A stretch of 64,000 bases of DNA, from positions 57,570 to 121,569 of the forward strand of contig CALWQM010000015.1 in the NCBI GenBank assembly GCA_944383685.1, in the 5' to 3' direction. The notes beneath the pieces were generated by a model. It did not search any database and was not told where the DNA came from. It saw only the letters and a program-made list of their open reading frames with translations. Both the position numbers and the translations under genes were made by a program. Of this stretch, positions 36,180 through 47,863 are shown in pieces. Every line of letters starts with the position of its first letter. Within the stretch, counting starts at the first letter, position 1. Source of the DNA: an uncultured Clostridia bacterium. Lineage in GTDB: Bacteria; Bacillota; Clostridia; Christensenellales; UBA1242.

Positions 36180-37763
36180 TTATTTAGCTGTCTCAACAAA
36201 CCTGCTTTCCCTTATAACATTAACTTTAATTTGCCCAGGATATTGCATTTCATTCTCAATTTTGTTTGCTATATCTTTTGCCATAAACATTGCTTGGTCA
36301 TCTGTAATTTCTTCTGGCTTAACAATAATACGAACTTCTCTGCCTGCTTGAACAGCAAAAGATTTTTCAACACCATCAAAACTGTTGGCAATTTCTTCAA
36401 GTTGTTGCAAACGTTTGATGTAGTTTTCAAAAGAGTCACGCCTTGCACCAGGTCTTGAACTTGAAATGGCATCTGCCACTTGAACAATAACAGCTTCGAT
36501 TGTTTTAAATTCAACATTAAAGTGATGTGCTTCGATGCAGTGAACAACTTCTTCGTTTTCACCATATTTTCTTGCAAGTTCAACACCAATTTGAACGTGT
36601 GTTCCTTCAAGTTCGTGGTCAAGAGCTTTTCCAACATCGTGTAAAAGGCCACCACGTTTAGCAATCTTAACATTTGCCCCCATTTCACTTGCAAGAAGCC
36701 CTGCAATAATTGAGGTTTCAATGGAATGTTTCAAAACATTTTGACCGTAACTTGTTCTATATTTCAATCTTCCCAAAACTTTAACAAGTTCAGGATTTAA
36801 GTTATAAATGCCAGTCTCATTGCAAGCATCTTCGCCTGCTTGTTTAATTGTTTTGTCAACATCACGTTGCATTTTTTCAACTATTTCTTCAATTCTTGTT
36901 GGATGAATTCTTCCATCTGCAATAAGTTTTTCAAGTGAAAGCCTTGCAACTTCTCTTCTTATTGGGTCAAAACCGGAAATTGTGATGCTTTCTGGTGTGT
37001 CGTCAACAATAAGTTCTACACCAGTTGCAGCTTCAATAGCACGAATGTTTCTTCCTTCTCTCCCAATAATTCTTCCTTTCATTTCATCATTAGGAAGCGA
37101 AACGACTGATATTGTCATTTCACTTGTGGTTTCAGTTGCACATTTTTGCAAAGCTTGTCCAATAATTTCTCTTGCTTTCTTTTCACCATTTTCTTTGGCT
37201 TCATCTTCAATTTGTTTAACAATAACAGCAGCTTCTTTTTGTGCTTGATTTTTCATGTTTAATATAAGCAAATCAACTGCTTCTTGTTTACTCATTTTAG
37301 CAACTTTTTCAATCTCTTCAAGAGTTTTTGCTTTAAGCTCATCAATTTCCTGTTTGCCCTTTTCGAGATTAGCTTTTAAAGATGCAAGTTCCTTCTTTTC
37401 TTCGTCAATTTGTTCATTTCTTTTATCAATAGAAAGTTCTTTTTTCTCAATAAATTCCTCTCTTTGATTTAATCTCTCTTCAAGTTTTGCAACTTCTTGA
37501 CGTCTTTCTTTGATTTCGGCCTCAACCTCATCTTTAATTTTTTGCACATTTTCCTTACTTTCTAGTTGTGCTTCTTTTTTAATAGTCTTAGCTTCTGCAT
37601 AAGCATCTTCAATTATTTTTATTGCATTTGATTTATTTTTTTGTATTTTTTTATTGGTTATAAGCTTTAAAACGATTACAGTTACTGCTCCACCAATAAT
37701 AAAACATGCGATTGCAACAATAGATGCGACAGCAGGAGAGACATTCAATAAAATATCTTCCAT
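36180..37763 (-). CDS. rny: Ribonuclease Y
   Basis: 527 aa with an N-terminal TM, coiled coil, KH domain (GRIIGREGRNIRA) and HD domain (LLHDVGKA). Confidence 0.95.
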   Translation of the reverse strand: MEDILLNVSPAVASIVAIACFIIGGAVTVIVLKLITNKKIQKNKSNAIKIIEDAYAEAKTIKKEAQLESKENVQKIKDEVEAEIKERRQEVAKLEERLNQREEFIEKKELSIDKRNEQIDEEKKELASLKANLEKGKQEIDELKAKTLEEIEKVAKMSKQEAVDLLILNMKNQAQKEAAVIVKQIEDEAKENGEKKAREIIGQALQKCATETTSEMTISVVSLPNDEMKGRIIGREGRNIRAIEAATGVELIVDDTPESITISGFDPIRREVARLSLEKLIADGRIHPTRIEEIVEKMQRDVDKTIKQAGEDACNETGIYNLNPELVKVLGRLKYRTSYGQNVLKHSIETSIIAGLLASEMGANVKIAKRGGLLHDVGKALDHELEGTHVQIGVELARKYGENEEVVHCIEAHHFNVEFKTIEAVIVQVADAISSSRPGARRDSFENYIKRLQQLEEIANSFDGVEKSFAVQAGREVRIIVKPEEITDDQAMFMAKDIANKIENEMQYPGQIKVNVIRESRFVETAK

Positions 37764-37829
37764 ATTCGCTTTTCCCCTTTAAGTGTATATTAATTAAAGT
37801 AAAACTTTAAATTTAATTCCACAATAATA

Positions 37830-37858
37830 AGTTTAAACTTTTTTTATTAAATTGTCAA
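37830..37858 (-). promoter_or_regulatory. Promoter of rny
   Basis: On the - strand: TTGACA (37858..37853), 17-nt spacer, TAAACT (37835..37830), then a ~65-nt leader with an SD. Confidence 0.5.
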
Positions 37859-37978
37859 ATAAATTATTACCTAAATAAAAAATAAATAACAGGCATTTTG
37901 CCATGTTATTTTTTAAATAATTTGGAAATATCAAAATGGTTAAAAAATTTATCAAAAATTATTTTAAAATGTAATTTA

Positions 37979-39133
<1,155 letters not shown>

Positions 39134-39177
39134 TTATCATTAATTAATTTGCATTAAATTTTTAAATAAAAATTTTC

Positions 39178-40233
39178 CTATTCAATAAACATTGCGTCAC
39201 CAAAACTGAAAAATCTATACTTACTGTCAACTGCATGTTTATAAAGTTTAAGTGTCTTATCAATATCCCCCACAAAAGCTGACACAAGCATTATCAATGT
39301 GCTTTCTGGTAAATGAAAATTAGTGATTAAAGCATCAACAATCTTAAATTTATATGGCGGATAAATGAAAATGCTTGTCTCTTTTTTAACTGGGCATAAG
39401 TTGCCAATTTCATCAACAGCACTTTCCAAAACTCTAACGGATGTTGTTCCAACAGCAACAACTCTTCTTCCTTCGATTTTTGCCTTATTTATCTTTTCAG
39501 CAACTTCCTTTGTCACCTCAATATGTTCACTGTGCATTTGGTGATTTTTGATATTATCTTCTTTTACAGGTCTAAATGTTCCAAGCCCAACATGTAAAAG
39601 GACTTCACAAATTTCTACTCCCATATTTTTCAATTTTTCAAGTAATTCTTTTGTGAAATGTAGCCCAGCAGTTGGTGCGGCACTTGACCCTTCATATTTT
39701 GCATAAACCGTTTGATATCTATCAGGGTTCTTTAATTTTTCCTTTATATATGGTGGAAGTGGAACTGAGCCAATTTCCATCAAATGTTCCTCAAAGGTTT
39801 TACTTAAAGAATATTCAAACTTAACAACACACGAGCCATAAGTTTCCTTTTTAAGAACAGTGCAAGAAATATTTTCGTTAAAAACAATCTTTGTTCCCTC
39901 ATCCAATCTTTTAAAAGGTCTGGCAATAACTTCCCATGTTGTTAAATCAATTCGCTTTTGTAAAAGTATTTCAATCTTTGCCCCTGTTTCTTTAAAACCA
40001 AACAATCTTGCTGGCAACACTTTTGTGTTATTGATAACAAGTATATCGCCTTTTTTTAGAAAATTAACTATATCTCTAAAATGGCAATCACAAACCTTTT
40101 CAGTTTTTCTGTTGTAACATAAAAGCCTTGAAGAATCTCTTGGCTCAACTGGTGTTTGAGCAATTTGTTCTTCTGGCAAATCATAATAATAAGTTGACCT
40201 TAACAGTGCCCTATCAACATTTTCTTCTTGCAT
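39178..40233 (-). CDS. queA: S-adenosylmethionine:tRNA ribosyltransferase-isomerase
   Basis: 351 aa with YDLPEEQIAQTP, AAPTAGLHFT and FFSFGDAMFI motifs. Confidence 0.95.
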   Translation of the reverse strand: MQEENVDRALLRSTYYYDLPEEQIAQTPVEPRDSSRLLCYNRKTEKVCDCHFRDIVNFLKKGDILVINNTKVLPARLFGFKETGAKIEILLQKRIDLTTWEVIARPFKRLDEGTKIVFNENISCTVLKKETYGSCVVKFEYSLSKTFEEHLMEIGSVPLPPYIKEKLKNPDRYQTVYAKYEGSSAAPTAGLHFTKELLEKLKNMGVEICEVLLHVGLGTFRPVKEDNIKNHQMHSEHIEVTKEVAEKINKAKIEGRRVVAVGTTSVRVLESAVDEIGNLCPVKKETSIFIYPPYKFKIVDALITNFHLPESTLIMLVSAFVGDIDKTLKLYKHAVDSKYRFFSFGDAMFIE

Positions 40234-40244
40234 AATATTCTCCG

Positions 40245-41258
40245 TTAATTTTTCTTGTTTTGCGATGGCACTTCAAGACCTAAATGTTTATATGCATTTT
40301 CAAGAACAACACGCCCTCTTGGAGTTCTTGCAATGAAGCCAAGTTGCAGTAAATATGGCTCATAAACATCTTCAATTGTGCCGGAATCTTCACCAATGGT
40401 GGCAGATAATGTGTCAAGTCCAACAGGCCCACCACCAAATTTATATATAATGCTTTCCAAAATCTTTCGATCAATAAAATCAAGTCCAAGTTCGTCAATT
40501 TCCATTTTGGCAAGTGCTTGGTCAGCAATTTCCTTGGTTATTTCACCACTTCCCAAAACTTCGGCATAGTCACGCACACGTTTAAGAAGTCTATTTGCAA
40601 TTCTTGGGGTCCCCCTTGAACGCCTTGCAATGTCCAAGCTTGCACTACTGTCAATGTTAATATTCAAAATATTGGCAGAACGTTCAATAATAACCTGCAA
40701 ATCTTTATCACTATAAAGTTCCAAACGGCAGATAACTCCAAATCTGTCACGAAGTGGGCTTGTAAGCATACCTGCCTTTGTGGTTGCACCAATAAGTGTG
40801 AAAGGTTGAATTTTTAAGCGCATATTTTTTGCGGATGGACCTTTTCCAACAATGAAATCAAGTGCAAAATCTTCCATGGCAGGATACAAAATTTCTTCAA
40901 CAGTTTTGTTAAGCCTGTGAATTTCATCAATAAAAAGCACGTCATTTTTGTTTAAGTTTGTAAGAATTGCCGCAAGGTCTGCTGCATGTTCGATTGCAGG
41001 CCCAGATGTGATTTTAATTTGTGAGCCAAGCTCCTTTGCAATGATATGTGATAAAGTGGTTTTCCCAAGTCCAGGTGGTCCATACAAAAGCACATGGTCA
41101 AGAGCATCTTTTCTTGATTTTGCAGCTTGAATATAAACTCTTAAACTTTCCTTAACCTTATCCTGCCCAACATATTGGTCAAGACTTGTTGGACGAAGCG
41201 AAGTTTCAATTTCAGCATCTGTCCAATTTTTTGTGCTTGTTATAAATCTATCTTCCAT
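40245..41258 (-). CDS. ruvB: Holliday junction branch migration ATPase RuvB
   Basis: [21 protein letters not shown] and FIDEIHRL motifs. Confidence 0.95.
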   Translation of the reverse strand: MEDRFITSTKNWTDAEIETSLRPTSLDQYVGQDKVKESLRVYIQAAKSRKDALDHVLLYGPPGLGKTTLSHIIAKELGSQIKITSGPAIEHAADLAAILTNLNKNDVLFIDEIHRLNKTVEEILYPAMEDFALDFIVGKGPSAKNMRLKIQPFTLIGATTKAGMLTSPLRDRFGVICRLELYSDKDLQVIIERSANILNINIDSSASLDIARRSRGTPRIANRLLKRVRDYAEVLGSGEITKEIADQALAKMEIDELGLDFIDRKILESIIYKFGGGPVGLDTLSATIGEDSGTIEDVYEPYLLQLGFIARTPRGRVVLENAYKHLGLEVPSQNKKN

Positions 41259-41270
41259 ACATACCTCTCA

Positions 41271-41328
41271 CTATATGTTGTGTAGTATTCATGCATACTA
41301 CAATATATATTGCGTCATAACACAATAA
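41271..41328. repeat. Palindromic intergenic repeat family, copy D
   Basis: CTATATGTTGTGTAGTATTCATGCATACTACAATATATATTGCGTCATAACACAATAA fills the ruvA-ruvB spacer. Confidence 0.5.
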
Positions 41329-41329
41329 T

Positions 41330-41935
41330 TTATCTTCCAAGTTGTCTCAAAACTTTAAGAATAATTTCCTCTGCTGTTGCTCCATCTCCGGCATTTGAAC
41401 GAGCAAGACGATAAGCATCATTTTTGTTAACACCCAAGTTAATTAATGTGTCAACTGCATCATTCAAAGCATTTTCATTAACAAAACTATCCAAATTATC
41501 TTTATAGTTAAACAAATTATTATCCATACCAGTTGCTGAGATTTTGTCTTTAAGCTCCAAGCAAATTCTTTCAGCAGTTTTTCTTCCAAGTCCTTTAACC
41601 TTGGATAAAAGGGTTACATCTTCTCTTGTGATTGCAATCACCAAATCGGAAAGTTTCATTCCTGAAAGCACACTTATTGCCATTTTAGGCCCAACTCCGG
41701 AAACAGTTATAAGCTTCATGAAAATTTGTTTTTCTTCTGCTGTTGCAAAGCCATAAAGAGCAACTCCATCTTCCTTAACATGCAAATATGTTAAAACTTT
41801 TGTGGTTTCATTCACATTTGGCAAAGCAACCAAAGTGTTATTAGAAATCAAAAGTTCATATCCCACCCCATTAACATCCATAACAAGATAGTTTTCGTAT
41901 TTTTCTTCAATAGTTCCAACTAAAAATGCAATCAT
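41330..41935 (-). CDS. ruvA: Holliday junction DNA helicase RuvA
   Basis: MIAFLVGTI...VNGVGYEL and tandem HhH (VSGVGPKMA, KGLGRKTAERI). Confidence 0.9.
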   Translation of the reverse strand: MIAFLVGTIEEKYENYLVMDVNGVGYELLISNNTLVALPNVNETTKVLTYLHVKEDGVALYGFATAEEKQIFMKLITVSGVGPKMAISVLSGMKLSDLVIAITREDVTLLSKVKGLGRKTAERICLELKDKISATGMDNNLFNYKDNLDSFVNENALNDAVDTLINLGVNKNDAYRLARSNAGDGATAEEIILKVLRQLGR

Positions 41936-41942
41936 AATTACC

Positions 41943-42431
41943 TCACATCATATTAAAGTTCAATCTAGGATTAATTTGACTATGGCAAATTGCAACAGCC
42001 AAAGCATCAGCTGCATCATCTGGTTTTGGAATGCTTTTAAGTCCAAGAACATTCTTAACCATAAACTGCATCTGCCTTTTTTCAGCATGTCCATTGCCTG
42101 TTAAAGCCTGTTTGATTTGAATTGGTGTATATTCAAAAGTCCTACCGCAATATTTTTGACTTGCAAGCACAATCACACCTCTTGCCTGAGCCACTTGAAT
42201 AACAGTTTTTTGATTCTTAAAATAGAAAAGTTCTTCAATGGCAACCTCATCTGGCTTATAGGTTTCAAAAATAACTCTTAAACTTTCGTCAATATGTTGC
42301 AGTCTAATTGGTAATGGGTCCTCTTTGGGAGTTTCAATAACTCCATAATCAACAACTTCATTATCTCTTTCTGTGTCAATAATACCATATCCCACAATGG
42401 CATAACCCGGGTCAATTCCTAAAATTCTCAT
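41943..42431 (-). CDS. ruvC: Crossover junction endodeoxyribonuclease RuvC
   Basis: MRILGIDPGYAIVGYGI..., EELFYFKN and DAADALAVAICH motifs. Confidence 0.9.
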   Translation of the reverse strand: MRILGIDPGYAIVGYGIIDTERDNEVVDYGVIETPKEDPLPIRLQHIDESLRVIFETYKPDEVAIEELFYFKNQKTVIQVAQARGVIVLASQKYCGRTFEYTPIQIKQALTGNGHAEKRQMQFMVKNVLGLKSIPKPDDAADALAVAICHSQINPRLNFNMM

Positions 42432-42437
42432 GCTATA

Positions 42438-42466
42438 AGTTTAGTTTATTTTAAGAAATTTGTCAA
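42438..42466 (-). promoter_or_regulatory. Promoter of ruvC-ruvA-ruvB-queA-tgt (apparently leaderless)
   Basis: On the - strand: TTGACA (42466..42461), 17-nt spacer, TAAACT (42443..42438), 6 nt (TATAGC), ATG (42431). No SD. Confidence 0.6.
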
Positions 42467-42640
42467 ATAAAATAAGCGGTATAAACCATCTTTCACAACA
42501 ACTTTATTATATCCATCCATACATATATATATTTGAATTATAACTCACCTAAGCATAAAATCACTTAATGCAGGAATTACTTCACATTAAGGATGAACAA
42601 AAATAAAAAGGGAATTTTATTTCCCCTTTTATTTTATAAT

Positions 42641-45600
42641 TTACCAGATAAATTCATCTTGACAACTTGAACATTTTAATTCACCAGCATGGCAATGTTC
42701 ACCCAAACTTATGTCATTGTTACCTAGAAATTTGTCAGCATTTGTATAACATTTTGTTATAAATGATGTGTCATTTGAATTTATATTTCCAGCAAAACCG
42801 CCAACACTTAGGTCATCATCACTTGTAGAACTATCACTAGCATTATTAATTATACTAATATTACCTTTTGAATAACAAATTGTAATATTATATGAAGAAT
42901 CAGTATTTTCAATAACACCAGCAAATCCACCAAAATTCATCGGTGTTTCTGTATAAAGATTAGAAATTTCTCCCCCATTTCTTAATAGCAAAGCTTCGTT
43001 AACATTATCATCTTTTACATAAGTTCTTAAACTATCCGCTTCTATCACAAAAATTTGATTATTACTTTTATTATTAGTGTTAACAACAACACTGCAATTA
43101 TAATTTCCAACTCTTGTGAAATTAGAATTATTTGAATATCCAACAACTGCCCCAACATTAGCAAAACCTTCAACATTACCACTCATGATTGTTAAATTTT
43201 TTATGGTTGCATTTTCTGTGTAACCAAAAAGTCCAATGTTGTTTAAATTTGATTCGCTGATATTCAAATTATAAATTGAATAATATTGACCATCATAATA
43301 TCCCTTAAAAGGACTTTGCTCCGTTCCAATAGGAAGCATATTGTTTTGAAGTGTTGTTTTTTCGTTAACTAATGGGTCATCTGGGAAAACAATATCACAG
43401 GTTTGTTTAAATCTCTCTCCTTCAAAAGTGTTACCCATGATTGTTGTTTGATAAAGCATCCAATACAAATCGCTATAAGAATCTATTATATAGGTGTTTC
43501 CTTGTTTTTCAGGATTAATGATATCAAGATTTTCATCACTTAATGACTCTATTTCCATAGAAAGCATATAGTAAACATCAATATTAATTACATTTGACTC
43601 GGCATTATTGGTGATTACTTGAAAGTCAAAAGTTCCAGATTTAGATAGCTGTTCACCATTACAATAAATGCCATAATATGTCATAAATCTGTTAATACCA
43701 TCATGGTTAATACCATCATACACAATTTGATCTAAATAATTATAAAATTTTTGTATATCTAGATTGATTTTTGAATATGCTTTAACATTTTCAAACGTAT
43801 ACATTTTATAAAGATCTTTTGAAACTGCATTTTTTGAATTATATGTAGGTTCATTGCCAAGAATAGAAACATTATAAGAATTTTCTGAACCTTTAACAGT
43901 GTCAATATCTGCAATTCCCATCAAGGTAAATTTATTTTTAGCACTATCATAAGAATCAGCAAAGTAAAGGTTAAAGTTAATATCATAACTTTGTAAACTA
44001 TAATATGAATAGAAAAGCATTGAATTGTAATTGGTTGCATTACTTTGCATTACTTCGTCATTGCCGTTTACAAGGGCATCAGTATAGTAAGAATAAAGTT
44101 GATATTTATCAAAGTAACTTCCTGCATAACCGCTTGTTGAGAATGTATTTGCAAAATCTACAAAAGAATTTTCATCGTCTGCGGACTTTTCAGTTTCATT
44201 TGCGAAATAACCAAGATTTGGAGTTTTTGTTACACCACTTAAAACTCCTTTTTTTATTATTTCTTCGCCTGAATCAAGAGTTTCTTTCCAAGTACTAAAA
44301 TATAAATCTTTTCCCTGCCCGTCTTTTGGTTCTGCATTTGCTGGATTATACCCACTTCCTGCAAATGGATTGGTTTTGTCAAAATTAAATTCATAGAAGA
44401 ATGTAAGTTTAAATTCAAAACCTTCAACAGAACTTGTGTCAAGTTTAATATATTTATTATCTTTGGATTTATCTTGGTCAGTAATTTGCCCTGCCTTAAT
44501 AGTTCCATCATCTTCAATTGCAAGATAAAGGTCGTCTCTCTTTGTTGAATCATTAGAATTTATTGGAATTATTGTGTAAGTGGTAATATCGCCAACACTA
44601 TTTGAAATAGAATTAAAATTATGCTCGCCATTTTTATCTGTTTCATTCCAAATATCTAAATTTCCGCCACTGCTTCCAATATGATAAACACCTTCTGCAT
44701 CTTCATAAACATCTGCAAAATAGTAATAATAAGACCTATATTCTGCCCCTCTATTTAATGTAGGATTTACACTAAATTCTTCAAAATGGATATTAATAGC
44801 TAAACCATCATTTACATTTAAATTTCCATTTTTTGTTCCTAATTCTTCAAATTGGTATAAGTCCAAGGTCAAGTAAATCATACCTTCACTTGGGTTTGGT
44901 TGCTTATCACTCTCAAAAGTGATAAAACCATTTTGAGTTGGAATAAAATCATCACTTGAAGATATTTTAAAGTTATCAAATGTAAAACCAGCTGTTCCAC
45001 CCCAAGCGAAAGATTTGTTATAATCATTCGTTTCATTTGACCCCTTTCTATCAAGAGTTACATTGCCAACATAATGAGAATAATATCCATCAAAGAAATT
45101 ACTCCCACTATTTTTTAATTGTGCTCCAATTTTGAGCTGAGCACTTTGATTTCCATTTGCACTGAATGAAGTAGTATTCGCCGTGTTACCACTTGTTCCG
45201 TATTCTATATTCCTAAAAACAATATCTTCGCCATGACTTTGATAAGCCCGTCCACTATAACCATAATTTACAGTAATAGTCCCCAATCCTGGATTGCCCT
45301 CAGTTCCTTCTGTAAAATTATTATTTTCGTCGCTTTCTAACTTATAGTTAATTTTAATACCACTATACTGATAGCGAACAAAAACTGCGGTAAGTGTTGT
45401 GCCAGATGTTATCTTATTTGTATTAAATGTGTATGTAATTACTCCACCATTATTTTTAAGATCCTCTGCTTTAATTGACGATGTGCTTACTTCATAATTG
45501 AGGTTATCAATAGATACAATGGATGCATCTGCAGAACTGAAAAATTTATCACCAATAAATAAACCAAAAACTTCATAATTTTCATTTGGTTTTAACGAAA

Positions 45601-47662
45601 CAGAAATATTGTATTTTCCAGCAAGCCCACTAATTGTGATACTTTCTTTATTGTTGTTTTCATTGTCTATAAATTCGTTGACATTAGAAGCTTCCGCAGA
45701 AACTGCACTGATATAACCACCTTCTGTGCCAATCTCAGTTTCAAAAGAAGAAGGTTCAACATAAAATTGGTTTGCATATTTAACATTAACAGTGTAACTT
45801 ATTGCATTTCTATCAAAAACCGCAACAATGTTTTGAATACTAGAATTATAGGTTCCACCATCCTCAGTATATAAATAAATATTATCACTTAGAGGATCGC
45901 CACTATAATTACCTCTACTATTATATCTATACCATCCTTTAAATGAATATGAACTATTAACCGTCCTTGAACACAAACTCATATTAGTATTTGTTGTTTT
46001 AAAGAAATATAAGGTTACAGAACTGTTGGTGGTAACAGAACTTGCTTTTGCTCCATTTCTAAAATATACTGACCCAGCTTCTCCACTCATTGAACTTGTT
46101 GTCCCTGAATCGGCAGTTTGGTCATAAACATAAGCATTTCCGCCATCTTTATCTATATTCTTGGTTTGAATGCCAACATTAATATCCTCAAGCCAATAGG
46201 AAAGAACTAATTTCCCTTCAATAACATCTTCATCTGTCCCAAAATCAACATAGGACCATGTCCTACTTTTATCAGTTGAGCTATAATCAAAGTTACTTAA
46301 ATATCTAGTATCAATATCTATATTACTTAATGACGATATTTTGCTATTATTATTTACTGTTCCAGCCTTAGTTGTTCCATAAAGGTTGTTTCCAGTGTAA
46401 TAACAATTATTGATATTTCCTCTATTCCAGCCAACTATTGAACCAACTCTTTCAGTGCCACCACCTTTAATTTTGCCAACATTAATACAATAAGTAACAT
46501 TTTGGTCACCATTATCGGATCCACCATAACCAGACTGTCCAACAATACCACCAGTAACAGTGTCACCAGTAGACCTTCCCCCAACATCACCATAGTTAAT
46601 GCAATGGTCAACATCCGCCCCCTCTTCAAGAGAGCCTACAATACCACCAGTAAATTTAACTGAGCTGCTTATTTTTCCATAATTAATACAATTCGATATT
46701 TGACTATCTCGTTTGGCAAAACCAACAAATCCACCAACTTTTTCGGAAACATTTTCTCCTGAACGAGTTATATTGCCCAAATTCATGCAGTTATCTATAT
46801 CAACATTTCCACCATCTGTAAAGCCAACAAAACCACCCATCCATGTTTCCCAGCCAAAATTAGAAGAATCACATTTGATGTTAATTTTATTAACACAATT
46901 TTCAATTTTAACAGTGCCCCCAGTCACCCTGGAAACAAATGCTCCATAAACACCTTCATAAGATGATGAAATATTGCCGTCTAACATCAAATTTTTTATA
47001 GTGCAACCATCAGAATGCCCAATTAAACCAATAAATCTTCCAGATTGAAGTCCTAAAAATCCTGTTCCATAATGATAACGTCCTTCATTATCTCTATTTA
47101 CATCAATTGTCAACCCAGAAATAATATGACCTCTACCATCAATTATTCCTTTAAAATTTCTTATAGGCATCCAATAATGAGCAGAAAGGTCAATATTTTC
47201 TTGAATATAGATTGTCCTACCCTCATATGTATTACCCTTTTCAATTGAATTATAAGCAATGCCTGCTAAGTCTTGGGCATTATAAATATAATATCCAACA
47301 TTTGCATCATAATTTCCACTATCTGTCCAATAGCCTGATGCTTGACTTGAAACTTCATCGTTATCGTCATCAGTTTCACCATTACCTACGTCACCATCTG
47401 GCGAGCTTGGACTTTGAGTATTATCCTCATTTTTTTCATCATCACTTGGTGAAGAAGTTGAACCATTTTCACCATTATCAACATTTTCGCTGTCGTCTAA
47501 ACTTTCATTGTCACTGTCAATGGTATCTTCAACAGAGGTTTGAGGTAAAAGAGCAGCATAATTATATATATTAATTGAACACAAACAAAGTATTGCTGTG
47601 AATAAAACACATGCAAATGACATTAAGAATTTTTGATTAAACTTCTTATTTTTCATTTTCAT
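42641..47662 (-). CDS. Giant secreted/surface protein (1673 aa) with GLUG-like repeat modules
   Basis: Signal peptide, acidic D/E/S/N-rich spacer, and a GG[FI]VG-repeat module preceded by Y.NAQDLAGIA...ENIDLS..W.PI..F.G..DG.GH.ISGL. This architecture matches the 8228 gene. It continues with a long N/S/T/Y-rich region holding F.GW-type repeats and a second GLUG-like module near the C-terminus. Confidence 0.8.
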   Translation of the reverse strand: MKMKNKKFNQKFLMSFACVLFTAILCLCSINIYNYAALLPQTSVEDTIDSDNESLDDSENVDNGENGSTSSPSDDEKNEDNTQSPSSPDGDVGNGETDDDNDEVSSQASGYWTDSGNYDANVGYYIYNAQDLAGIAYNSIEKGNTYEGRTIYIQENIDLSAHYWMPIRNFKGIIDGRGHIISGLTIDVNRDNEGRYHYGTGFLGLQSGRFIGLIGHSDGCTIKNLMLDGNISSSYEGVYGAFVSRVTGGTVKIENCVNKINIKCDSSNFGWETWMGGFVGFTDGGNVDIDNCMNLGNITRSGENVSEKVGGFVGFAKRDSQISNCINYGKISSSVKFTGGIVGSLEEGADVDHCINYGDVGGRSTGDTVTGGIVGQSGYGGSDNGDQNVTYCINVGKIKGGGTERVGSIVGWNRGNINNCYYTGNNLYGTTKAGTVNNNSKISSLSNIDIDTRYLSNFDYSSTDKSRTWSYVDFGTDEDVIEGKLVLSYWLEDINVGIQTKNIDKDGGNAYVYDQTADSGTTSSMSGEAGSVYFRNGAKASSVTTNSSVTLYFFKTTNTNMSLCSRTVNSSYSFKGWYRYNSRGNYSGDPLSDNIYLYTEDGGTYNSSIQNIVAVFDRNAISYTVNVKYANQFYVEPSSFETEIGTEGGYISAVSAEASNVNEFIDNENNNKESITISGLAGKYNISVSLKPNENYEVFGLFIGDKFFSSADASIVSIDNLNYEVSTSSIKAEDLKNNGGVITYTFNTNKITSGTTLTAVFVRYQYSGIKINYKLESDENNNFTEGTEGNPGLGTITVNYGYSGRAYQSHGEDIVFRNIEYGTSGNTANTTSFSANGNQSAQLKIGAQLKNSGSNFFDGYYSHYVGNVTLDRKGSNETNDYNKSFAWGGTAGFTFDNFKISSSDDFIPTQNGFITFESDKQPNPSEGMIYLTLDLYQFEELGTKNGNLNVNDGLAINIHFEEFSVNPTLNRGAEYRSYYYYFADVYEDAEGVYHIGSSGGNLDIWNETDKNGEHNFNSISNSVGDITTYTIIPINSNDSTKRDDLYLAIEDDGTIKAGQITDQDKSKDNKYIKLDTSSVEGFEFKLTFFYEFNFDKTNPFAGSGYNPANAEPKDGQGKDLYFSTWKETLDSGEEIIKKGVLSGVTKTPNLGYFANETEKSADDENSFVDFANTFSTSGYAGSYFDKYQLYSYYTDALVNGNDEVMQSNATNYNSMLFYSYYSLQSYDINFNLYFADSYDSAKNKFTLMGIADIDTVKGSENSYNVSILGNEPTYNSKNAVSKDLYKMYTFENVKAYSKINLDIQKFYNYLDQIVYDGINHDGINRFMTYYGIYCNGEQLSKSGTFDFQVITNNAESNVINIDVYYMLSMEIESLSDENLDIINPEKQGNTYIIDSYSDLYWMLYQTTIMGNTFEGERFKQTCDIVFPDDPLVNEKTTLQNNMLPIGTEQSPFKGYYDGQYYSIYNLNISESNLNNIGLFGYTENATIKNLTIMSGNVEGFANVGAVVGYSNNSNFTRVGNYNCSVVVNTNNKSNNQIFVIEADSLRTYVKDDNVNEALLLRNGGEISNLYTETPMNFGGFAGVIENTDSSYNITICYSKGNISIINNASDSSTSDDDLSVGGFAGNINSNDTSFITKCYTNADKFLGNNDISLGEHCHAGELKCSSCQDEFIW

Positions 47663-47667
47663 AATAT

Positions 47668-47697
47668 ATTTTAACTAATTTTAGAAAAAAATGTCAA
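47668..47697 (-). promoter_or_regulatory. Candidate promoter of the giant gene (apparently leaderless)
   Basis: On the - strand: TTGACA (47697..47692), 18-nt spacer with T7, TAAAAT (47673..47668), 5 nt, ATG (47662). No SD. Confidence 0.45.
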
Positions 47698-47836
47698 ATT
47701 TTTTACAATATTTTTAATTATTTAATTAAAAAAATTGATTAAATAAAGTATTTAATAATTTATTAATTATAATAATTTTATAAAAATTATTTTTTCATCA
47801 ATTATTACAGTTATTTAGTTATTATTTAATAAAAAT

Positions 47837-47863
47837 AAAATGAGAATAAAAGTTTCTCATTTT
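47837..47863 (-). terminator. Intrinsic terminator downstream of recN
   Basis: Perfect 10-bp stem AAAATGAGAA / TTCTCATTTT, 7-nt loop, T-rich tail on the - strand. Confidence 0.6.
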
